A stretch of 64,000 bases of DNA from positions 1 to 64,000 of IMG/VR virus record IMGVR_UViG_3300021197_001928. One strand, 5' to 3'. Shown piece after piece: positions 56,723-64,000 of this stretch. The stretch is from a virus. Every line of letters starts with the position of its first letter. The stretch's first letter is position 1. Made by a program: the position numbers and the translations under genes. The notes beneath the pieces are model-generated. The model saw only the letters and a program-made list of their open reading frames with translations, did not search any database and was not told the origin of the DNA.

Positions 56723-57673
56723 CTACCATTTAAAATTATTCTTATAATATTCAACGATTTTTATAAGTTCTTCGTCAAATTTCTTTTTTGGGCTCCAACC
56801 TAAACGTCTTAATTTATTATCATTAAGAGCGTATCTTACGTCTTGCCCTTCTCTTTTGTATTCGAGATTTAAATTGTTTATGTAATCCTTGTCTGTTCCT
56901 TTAAAACACTTTATTATTTTTCTAGCTGTTTCTATATTTTTCTGCTCGAATCCGCCTGCAACATTATAAATTTCATTAACTGTTCCGGATTCAATTATCT
57001 TGACCACTGCTGATGCTGTATCATCTGCGTGGAGCCAATTGCGTATTGGGTCTCCTTTATCGTGTAACCTTATTTTTTTCCCTCTCATTAGGTGTTTTAC
57101 ACAAATGGGAATAAGTTTTTCAGGATATTGCCCTATACCATAATTGTTTGTCGGTCTCAATATGACATATTTTATATTGTAAGTACGGGCCCAAGCAAAA
57201 ATTAACATATCAGAAGATGCCTTTGAAGCAGAATACGGGTTAGAGGGTTTGAGAATGTCAGTCTCAACGTGCTCACCATTAGCTATATCACCATACACCT
57301 CATCTGTACTGAAGTGAAAAAAGACTGGTTGATCGTCTACGTTTTTTGGCTTTTTTCTGATTAGATCCAATATATTTTTAACTCCAACGACATTTGAATG
57401 TATGAAATCTTCTGATTCAATTATGCTGTTTCCTACGTGTGATTCTGCCGCTATATTGATTATGTAGTCACAATCAGGTATATACTTTATCTTGGCGATA
57501 TCTTTTTTGACAAAGGTAAAGTTTTTATGTTTCACAAATTCATCTAAAAAATTTAGATTCGCAGCATAAGTGCATTTGTCGATGCCATAAACTTTCCAAC
57601 CTTTCTCTAAGCACTGTCTGGTTACATAAGAACCAATAAGGCCCAAGCAGCCAGTTATTACAACTAATTTCAT
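56723..57673 (-). CDS. rfbB: dTDP-glucose 4,6-dehydratase-like (RmlB/RfbB)
   Basis: TGCLGLIGS, DKCTYAAN, AAESHV, STDEVYG, PSNPYSASK, NNYG..QYPEKLIP, D.RYAL. Confidence 0.88.
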   Translation of the reverse strand: MKLVVITGCLGLIGSYVTRQCLEKGWKVYGIDKCTYAANLNFLDEFVKHKNFTFVKKDIAKIKYIPDCDYIINIAAESHVGNSIIESEDFIHSNVVGVKNILDLIRKKPKNVDDQPVFFHFSTDEVYGDIANGEHVETDILKPSNPYSASKASSDMLIFAWARTYNIKYVILRPTNNYGIGQYPEKLIPICVKHLMRGKKIRLHDKGDPIRNWLHADDTASAVVKIIESGTVNEIYNVAGGFEQKNIETARKIIKCFKGTDKDYINNLNLEYKREGQDVRYALNDNKLRRLGWSPKKKFDEELIKIVEYYKNNFKW

Positions 57674-58104
57674 TATAATTCTCCAACAAAGTCACTACAT
57701 ATTCCGGCGATATCCATATTGTAGTAATATTCAGTCTCTTCTTTGGTATGACAAACAATAACACTATTTTTGGTAACAGGTTTTTTTGGAAAAGTCCAAA
57801 TAAAACCCTCGCTAGTTATTGTAAAGTCATCTGTTTGGTGCCAGAAACAGTGCACGTTGTTATCTAACATGTATTGTAGGGCGTCTAGGTTTTTAGCGTG
57901 GCACCAGAAATTTTCATTTTTTAAGAACTCTAAGGATACCTTATATTTTGGCTCGTCATGTCCAAGAAACAATTCATTATTTATCAGCCAAACATCAATT
58001 TCCACATGAAATCCAGAGTTTGATAAATTAGTCAATACATCTGGTTTGTTTTCTATGTATGGATCTGTCCCGGTTGTGTTTCCCCGGTGTGATATTAAAA
58101 ACAT
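57673..58104 (-). CDS. Short PLC-like/GDPD-fold phosphodiesterase-like protein
   Basis: ISHRGN, VEIDVW, LGHD, W.HAKN, FWHQ.D..T.TS.G.IW, GICSD. Confidence 0.7.
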   Translation of the reverse strand: MFLISHRGNTTGTDPYIENKPDVLTNLSNSGFHVEIDVWLINNELFLGHDEPKYKVSLEFLKNENFWCHAKNLDALQYMLDNNVHCFWHQTDDFTITSEGFIWTFPKKPVTKNSVIVCHTKEETEYYYNMDIAGICSDFVGEL

Positions 58105-58790
58105 TAAAATCCTCCATAATACGGATAACCATTTGCTTTACCCCATAAGTGTTTCAGGCTGAATGGTCCTGCTTTAGTTTTACTTTGGAAGTCCCAATTA
58201 TTTTCAAGAGTATACCATTCAATAGCAGAAGGGCTTATATAATGAGCATTTTTATTTAAATATTCTTTGGCACTGTTGTCTAATTGTGCTGCGTTATCAA
58301 ACAAATTATACAATCCACTTTTATTGTGGTCCCAAGGTTTGCAAGACCATAGATCAAGCATCAGCTTTGTATTCCCAAACATCAGAAGGTCTCCAATCAT
58401 ATTTTTTTGCATACAGGTCTGTTCTGTTAGGATTAGTTTGTGGTGATTTAATAAATTATACAATAACTTCTCATTACCTATGATATCACAGTATCTTAAC
58501 TTTACAGATTTATTTATATTATTCTTCAATAATATTTCATATGACTTTATGCACATTCTTGGGTGTCCACGTCCTATTTGTTGGTTGTCAATGTCCTTTT
58601 CCCAATATAAATCATCAATCTTATCTAAAATTCTTTTTGGCGGGGACGTGCCATGACCAGACAGTACAATAAAGAAATCTTCATAAAAATTATCAAAATG
58701 TTTAATAGCGTATTCGAGCATATTAAATTTATACATTTCATTTGATCTTGTGTGTATGTGGCTGAATATAAGCCCTGTTTTATTTTTCAT
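58104..58790 (-). CDS. Hypothetical glycan-biosynthesis protein
   Basis: In the sugar cluster; K.R.D-like and GDL..FG motifs; likely start MKNKTG at 58790. Confidence 0.5.
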   Translation of the reverse strand: MKNKTGLIFSHIHTRSNEMYKFNMLEYAIKHFDNFYEDFFIVLSGHGTSPPKRILDKIDDLYWEKDIDNQQIGRGHPRMCIKSYEILLKNNINKSVKLRYCDIIGNEKLLYNLLNHHKLILTEQTCMQKNMIGDLLMFGNTKLMLDLWSCKPWDHNKSGLYNLFDNAAQLDNSAKEYLNKNAHYISPSAIEWYTLENNWDFQSKTKAGPFSLKHLWGKANGYPYYGGF

Positions 58791-59352
58791 ATTTAAACCT
58801 TTCAAAATCCTCTTTGTAGAAGTTGATTATTATCTGCTTCATCTCGTGATCGAAAAATCTTGGATCATCTGGTCTTCTGCTTGACCACCTCTCTTTCTTA
58901 AGAGGTTTATTTTCAATACCAATGATGCCTTCTATTTTGGCAAAATCTGCTTGTAGCGATTCAAATCTTCCAACAAAATCAACACCGATATCATCATTTA
59001 TTTTAATATATTCTGACTGGGGTCGTAAATGAATATATTGCGAGTATTCGCTGTTTTTTAAATCTAATATAAACTCTCTAAAATTTCTTTTCTTCTTCAA
59101 TTCGGTGGCCCAATCGTGCCCATCGTATTTTAGATTTATATATGTACTGTATACCCGATCATATGGGTTTCTAACAAAAGCAAACTTAAAATATTCTTTA
59201 GCAACTGGATGCTTATATACAATGTCTTTTAAGAACATATGGTATTTATGAGGAGGCGGGTCTATGTGGTAACCGAACCTTCGACTGATTGAGGTCGAGG
59301 CGCACTTTGCAATACACACAAAGATAAATTTATTATCATGATCAACAATCAT
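58780..59352 (-). CDS. Sulfotransferase family 2 protein
   Basis: Start ATG 59352; KFIFV.I.KCASTSI, FAFVRNPYDR..S.Y, HLRPQ, DFVGRFE.L..DF, Y..DFE.F.Y. Confidence 0.82.
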   Translation of the reverse strand: MIVDHDNKFIFVCIAKCASTSISRRFGYHIDPPPHKYHMFLKDIVYKHPVAKEYFKFAFVRNPYDRVYSTYINLKYDGHDWATELKKKRNFREFILDLKNSEYSQYIHLRPQSEYIKINDDIGVDFVGRFESLQADFAKIEGIIGIENKPLKKERWSSRRPDDPRFFDHEMKQIIINFYKEDFERFKYEK

Positions 59353-60089
59353 TAGAGATCCTCTTTTCTTTTTGTGGGCCAATTAAATCTATTGTCTGAT
59401 GAATATGTTCTTCCGCCATGCACCCAACGTGCTTGATAATCGCCCAATTCATTAATATCTACAATATCAAAATTATCAATAAAGGTGCTTTTTAGTTCCC
59501 AGTTGTTAGTAATTTTTTTTGCATTTAGAAAACTTTTAGCCAATATATTCTCCGCTGTCTGTCTTGGTGGAAACCCTTGTATTAGCCATGGATTTTTAAA
59601 CAAGTTTGCGCCGGTTGTATAAGAATCATATAAAAAATCATAACCTTTACGCAAATATTCTGTCTTTGCAACAAAGAGGTGATCCCCAATATGATATGGA
59701 GAGTGGGACCATGGTTTTGCGAATATATTACCAAAAACAAATTTCTCATCATCTTGCCGGAATACTTCTTTTAATTCGGAAAAATCGGAATAAAATTCGT
59801 CACTTCTCATTTTTATAGTATATTTTGATTTGCTATTTTTTATCCCCATCAGGGTTGAGCAAATTGAATAATAAAATGTACTGTCTTTCATAACGCCAAA
59901 AGTTTTTTCTCTGTTTGGTGTTTCCTGAGATACCAGAAGGGTGTTTTTTGACCTGATTCGTTTCCTTAAATCGCTATCGTCCTCATTCCAATGTGAAACA
60001 ATCACATTTTCAAACTGATTTGATATTGCATCAATAGAATTTATTGAAGCTTCATTTAAAGGGCCCTGAATTACTAAATTAAATTCCAT
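59352..60089 (-). CDS. WavE-like glycan synthesis protein
   Basis: VIQGP, IVS.W, ST..GI......Y.IK.RSD, YHIGD. Confidence 0.65.
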   Translation of the reverse strand: MEFNLVIQGPLNEASINSIDAISNQFENVIVSHWNEDDSDLRKRIRSKNTLLVSQETPNREKTFGVMKDSTFYYSICSTLMGIKNSKSKYTIKMRSDEFYSDFSELKEVFRQDDEKFVFGNIFAKPWSHSPYHIGDHLFVAKTEYLRKGYDFLYDSYTTGANLFKNPWLIQGFPPRQTAENILAKSFLNAKKITNNWELKSTFIDNFDIVDINELGDYQARWVHGGRTYSSDNRFNWPTKRKEDL

Positions 60090-60091
60090 AA

Positions 60092-60571
60092 CTACCTCTT
60101 TAAATTAACATAATATGGCACCTTTGTATTTATTATGTTTTGAAACTCTACTTCGAGTTCTTGTTCATTTGGCCACATCTTTTTCATATTATGAAAGCCA
60201 GAAAGGTGCTCTCTGTCATCAGTGGCCCAGTGTGAAAACCCGGCTGCTCCATAATCCTTATCTCTACCGGCTGCTGCTAGTATTACTGGGATTTTTTCAT
60301 GGTCTATAAATGTTCTTATGACCTCAAAAGGCCGATATAACAGAAACGGGGTCATTGAGTAACACACAGGAATCTTTCCTTCCATCGCCATTCCGCAGGC
60401 CATTCCTAAAAGAAGCATCTCTGCTGCTCCGGGATTAAACACACGATCGGGAAATTCTTCTCTAATTGCGTCAAAGTGGCCATAGCCTAGGTCACCTATC
60501 ACAAACATAATATCTTCGTTTTTCCTCATCTCTCCATGAAGAAGTTTTACAAATGTCTTTCTAACGCTCAT
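60092..60571 (-). CDS. Transketolase-like pyrimidine-binding subunit
   Basis: GDLGYG.FD.....FPDR.FN.G.AE....G.A.G.A.EG..P..Y....FL..R.FE, GFSHWA. Confidence 0.85.
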   Translation of the reverse strand: MSVRKTFVKLLHGEMRKNEDIMFVIGDLGYGHFDAIREEFPDRVFNPGAAEMLLLGMACGMAMEGKIPVCYSMTPFLLYRPFEVIRTFIDHEKIPVILAAAGRDKDYGAAGFSHWATDDREHLSGFHNMKKMWPNEQELEVEFQNIINTKVPYYVNLKR

Positions 60572-61208
60572 TGTTCAATACCTCCAATGCTTCTTTATAT
60601 TGTTCATCGTTAATCTTAATATAGTGAGCATCAAGCCCCCAAAGGAAAGAGAAAGGAAAAGTTTGAGCCTCTGTTCTGTGGAAGTGAATCCTTGGTAAAA
60701 AAGCCTTGCATCTTCTTTCTAAGTAATCAACGTCCATTTCATCGTAACACGCATACCCATTAGCATTAACATGAACTTCAATATTCTCAACGTTCATCTC
60801 TTCTATATATCGCAAAGCTTCCCATACAGAACCCTCAGTCGACTCACCATCACTAATCATAGTGTGAACAGTGATTTTTGGATTTGCAACCGCTCTACCT
60901 ACTGCCATCATAATTCCCATTCCTAAACTACCAGCAGAGCAATAAATATGATTATGTTCGTCTCTATTGGGGTGACCACCGTGCTTATTGACTAATTCAT
61001 CTGCGTCAACGTGAGTGTGGTATTTTTCTAAAACACTGTATAGGGCATATGCGGCATGGCCGTTGGATAGCACAAATATGTCGTCTTTGGCTTTACTAGC
61101 AAATATATTGTCAATTATGTCAATACAAGAAAAGCAGCTTCCAACATGTTCTTCATTGTGCTCATATAGCAGTTTCAATAATCTTTTATGTAAATTTATA
61201 TCTTTCAT
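60561..61208 (-). CDS. Transketolase-like ThDP-binding subunit
   Basis: H.GS.FS, F.LSNGHA..ALY, GHP, GSLGMG, SDGE..EG.VWEA...N. Confidence 0.85.
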   Translation of the reverse strand: MKDINLHKRLLKLLYEHNEEHVGSCFSCIDIIDNIFASKAKDDIFVLSNGHAAYALYSVLEKYHTHVDADELVNKHGGHPNRDEHNHIYCSAGSLGMGIMMAVGRAVANPKITVHTMISDGESTEGSVWEALRYIEEMNVENIEVHVNANGYACYDEMDVDYLERRCKAFLPRIHFHRTEAQTFPFSFLWGLDAHYIKINDEQYKEALEVLNNER

Positions 61209-61211
61209 ACA

Positions 61212-62372
61212 TTATCCTATAGTTTTCTTCATTCTGGTCATGTGCCTGCCGCCATCGAAAGTTGATTTCTTCCAGATTTTTATCATCTGGTCTAGTTCCT
61301 CTTCAGAGACATATTTTTCTGGTATTGTGAAGAAATTTGCACAGTTATGCCTAATTGCATATTCAGCCATATATTCATCTATGACTAAAGCAGACCTGAT
61401 TCCTTCTAGATGATTTGCTAAAATATTAACTCCCTGACCAGTTCGACAAAAGCCCATTGCGAAATCACAGACCTTGTTTTTTATAGAGTCAACTGCTGCG
61501 ACTACATACTCGTTATAATCACAATCTTTCTTAACATATGTACCAAAGTCTATATAAGGTATATTATTAGACTCCAATAATTTTTTTGCTGTTTCTTTCA
61601 TTTGAAAGCCAGAATGATCACAACAAAGCGCTACAGGTTTCTCTCCGAATTTGGCTGTTACGTTATCAACAAAAAACTCCAACTCTGCTGGTGTCCCAAG
61701 GACGTGCATTTTTTCTACCATGTTAATACCAACTTTTAAATTATCTCTAATCATCAAGTTATACATTGGGCAAATATAAAACTCATTCTTTGTGCGAATG
61801 TTTTTCGATATCATCTCTTCCGCATACTCTACGAACATCTTCCCAGTTTTGTAGTAATATACTCCGACGGCTGCGTTTTGACTTATAACTTCTTTTTCTG
61901 CTGTTCTTGTTGCTAACCCGGCGGCATCTAATTCAACATAACTGTGAGCGGGGCTATTTGCCTTAAATGTCAATAAGAAACCATCTAGGTCTTTTGAGAC
62001 AGAAGCCGGATCAAATTGATTTTCGAAATAAACGTCTGGTGTGTAGATAATCAGTGGCAAGTCATTGTTTATATGGTCTTTGGCTAATAAGCAAGTAGAC
62101 ACCGATCCATCAGTGACTCTGTCGATTATAACAATCTCTATATCATCTCCAAACTTTTTTCTTAAAATATCATCAATAGAAAAATTGTTTATATGCTCAA
62201 GCCTAACTGCGAAGATTACTTTGCACTCATCCATATTGATTGAATCCATGGACCAGTCAATAATGTGTTTATCTTTGGACATAATTAATGGCTTGGGCAT
62301 CGTGTACCCTTCATTTATGAATCTTTGGGCTCTACCAGCTATCGGTAGAAGTAGGTTATATTTTTTACTCAT
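61212..62372 (-). CDS. Sugar nucleotidyltransferase fused to RpiB/LacAB sugar-phosphate isomerase
   Basis: N-terminal PIAG...RF...GY..PKPLI, AEK..IS..A..G.YY, EFYICP.YN, LGTP.EL; C-terminal DHSG, DFGT, DY, CRTGQG, HN.AN, FDGGRH..R. Confidence 0.85.
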   Translation of the reverse strand: MSKKYNLLLPIAGRAQRFINEGYTMPKPLIMSKDKHIIDWSMDSINMDECKVIFAVRLEHINNFSIDDILRKKFGDDIEIVIIDRVTDGSVSTCLLAKDHINNDLPLIIYTPDVYFENQFDPASVSKDLDGFLLTFKANSPAHSYVELDAAGLATRTAEKEVISQNAAVGVYYYKTGKMFVEYAEEMISKNIRTKNEFYICPMYNLMIRDNLKVGINMVEKMHVLGTPAELEFFVDNVTAKFGEKPVALCCDHSGFQMKETAKKLLESNNIPYIDFGTYVKKDCDYNEYVVAAVDSIKNKVCDFAMGFCRTGQGVNILANHLEGIRSALVIDEYMAEYAIRHNCANFFTIPEKYVSEEELDQMIKIWKKSTFDGGRHMTRMKKTIG

Positions 62373-63074
62373 TTATTCCTCCCTGTTTAATAACAAATCA
62401 GTAGTACTTTTGGCGGCATATCTTGCACATTCCGCAAGGTCACCAGTGGGTTTACAATCTAAAAAATGTGCAGCGTATATATCGCCAGCACCATTAACGT
62501 TTAAATTTTCATATTTAATTGTTTTTTCTTTATGAATAGGCTCCCCATTCACAATAATTTCAAAACCATCAGGTTCATGTAAAATTATAGGAGTTCGGGT
62601 TGATATGTTTGAATATAAATGTTTTCTTTCACGAGAGTCAAATATAATACTTGACCTTTCCATTAAATTTATATAATCGACCCTGTTTTTATCTGTGCAG
62701 AAATCTAAACTAAAGGGTATAGCAATGTGTTCTAATTTGGAAAAACACTCTATGTCATCAACATAACTAACATGCAGCCAGTCAAAATTGTCATTTATTT
62801 TATTTATTTGGTTTTTTGTTAGGAGTGACTCTTCATTATTTAACACGATGGAAGTTCGAGTGCTCCTGCTCTTGTCGCTAATTATAAATGCTTTCTTGGT
62901 ACCTATAGTGATTGGGCTCATTATCCAATTAACCATCTTAGTTTCAAAAAAGTTATATATACCACCACGTTTTTGTCTTATGGCTGAACAATCGTTTGTT
63001 TCGCCTTCTCTTAGTTGCTGTACAAACATAATTGTATCGGAATATTCTTTACCAATCAAACAAAGAGACTTCAC
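62373..63074 (-). CDS. PfkB/ribokinase-family sugar kinase
   Basis: GG..N near the N-terminus and the C-terminal NVNGAGD.YAA signature. Confidence 0.72.
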   Translation of the reverse strand: MKSLCLIGKEYSDTIMFVQQLREGETNDCSAIRQKRGGIYNFFETKMVNWIMSPITIGTKKAFIISDKSRSTRTSIVLNNEESLLTKNQINKINDNFDWLHVSYVDDIECFSKLEHIAIPFSLDFCTDKNRVDYINLMERSSIIFDSRERKHLYSNISTRTPIILHEPDGFEIIVNGEPIHKEKTIKYENLNVNGAGDIYAAHFLDCKPTGDLAECARYAAKSTTDLLLNREE

Positions 63075-63598
63075 TAAAAACTCTCCTTTTTATCTAGGTT
63101 TTCTATATCCTGCATTGTGCAGTCATTTATTAATTTTCTTGCTTGTAATGTTTCTACCATCTCGCAAATAACATTATTACCACCATTGTTTGATAGGGTA
63201 TTATCAATACCACACACAGATTTAATATCAGTACATGCATCGTTAGGACAAAAAGCATATCCAACAATTTCCATTATACTTTTGTCAAACAAATCGTCAC
63301 CAATATAGAGCATGTTTTCTCTCTTAGTATTATATGTTTTCTCGAACAATTCAACAAAACTAGCTTTATCTTTTCCTCTAGCGGAATAAAAATCTATGTT
63401 TCTGTTCCATGCCATAGGTTTGTTGATACGATCGTCACCAGACAAAAAGCAAACTTTTACACCAGCACCACGCATTCTTTTGATCGCCGTGAAGTCCTTG
63501 TCGCAATAAGTTTTAGCGAAAGGTATACCGTTAAGACCATAATATTTTCTACCATCGGTCAGTACCCCATCAATATCCAATATTACTAATTCAATCAT
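63074..63598 (-). CDS. KdsC-like HAD phosphatase
   Basis: LDIDGVLTDG, KD, LSG, K, YIGDDLFD, CP.DA, GG. Confidence 0.85.
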   Translation of the reverse strand: MIELVILDIDGVLTDGRKYYGLNGIPFAKTYCDKDFTAIKRMRGAGVKVCFLSGDDRINKPMAWNRNIDFYSARGKDKASFVELFEKTYNTKRENMLYIGDDLFDKSIMEIVGYAFCPNDACTDIKSVCGIDNTLSNNGGNNVICEMVETLQARKLINDCTMQDIENLDKKESF

Positions 63599-64000
63599 GT
63601 TTCACCTCTTATATTTTTATTAATATTATTCTCTTTTAAAATTCTGTTTAATTCATCTGGATACCCGGACAGATTCCACTTTCCTTTAACAATTGCTGTT
63701 GCAACATAAGGATAGGCGTTGGAGTCATAATGAAACATTCCCTTTTTCTCTTCATTATTATAATGGAACAGTCCTTTCATATTCATATAGCGGCAAACCT
63801 GCTGTACGTTAGGTTCAAAATCCCTAATATGGTTGATATTTGTATTATTATACATCTCCAACAATCTATCTGTTTTACATATTGAAGGTTGGACTGAAAA
63901 GATATATTGGGAATATGATGGAATAGGAAATAATGTTCTGGTTTTTTTATATGGAAAGACGGGCTTGTCAACCGATCTCAATAGTCTGATGAAATCTATG
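63595..64000 (-). CDS. Glycosyltransferase-like protein (partial; starts beyond the right edge)
   Basis: Frame stays open to the edge (..IDFIRLLRSVDK); FSVQPSI, YPY..TAIVKGKW motifs; sugar-cluster context. Confidence 0.5.
   Translation of the reverse strand, partial: IDFIRLLRSVDKPVFPYKKTRTLFPIPSYSQYIFSVQPSICKTDRLLEMYNNTNINHIRDFEPNVQQVCRYMNMKGLFHYNNEEKKGMFHYDSNAYPYVATAIVKGKWNLSGYPDELNRILKENNINKNIRGET

Noticed and set aside
1-64000. Genome-wide stop-codon reassignment
   Set aside because: Very long ORFs are intact in the standard code, and TAA, TAG and TGA all end genes at coupled junctions.
1-64000. tRNA, rRNA or large ncRNA genes
   Set aside because: Intergenic gaps are nearly all under about 55 nt once small ORFs are included, and no cloverleaf was recognised by eye. 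A tRNAscan/Infernal run would be needed to exclude them fully.

Overview
A 64 kb segment of a large T4-like (myovirus-type, probably jumbo) bacteriophage. Essentially all credible genes are on the minus strand, densely packed, often translationally coupled, and read in the standard code. In transcription order (right to left) it carries: (1) a sugar/surface-glycan biosynthesis cluster (KdsC-like HAD phosphatase, PfkB kinase, nucleotidyltransferase-RpiB fusion, split transketolase, WavE-like protein, sulfotransferase, RmlB-like dehydratase); (2) a gp55-like sigma factor; (3) a ~31 kb baseplate/tail block (M23 peptidase, gp25, gp6, LamG proteins); (4) RuvC-like resolvase, protein kinase and UvsE; (5) an array of seven paralogous SH3-like micro-ORFs; (6) primase flanked by HNH and GIY-YIG nucleases, Smr, and a fused SbcD-SbcC; (7) a membrane/lysis-like cluster; (8) large terminase, portal, prohead protease and ribosomal protein bS21. 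The most notable observations are a shared N-terminal leader on six otherwise unrelated proteins, including the kinase (candidate capsid-targeting/cargo system), a homolog of the myxobacterial gliding protein CglF/GltF, the SH3-like cassette array whose junction both ends one protein and provides the next RBS, an unannotated 26-aa 8-Cys metallothionein-like peptide, and a Cys-Cys peptide whose UGA plus hairpin is in frame with the next gene. All family calls come from motif recognition by eye; no database searches were run. No tRNA, rRNA or CRISPR array was recognised.
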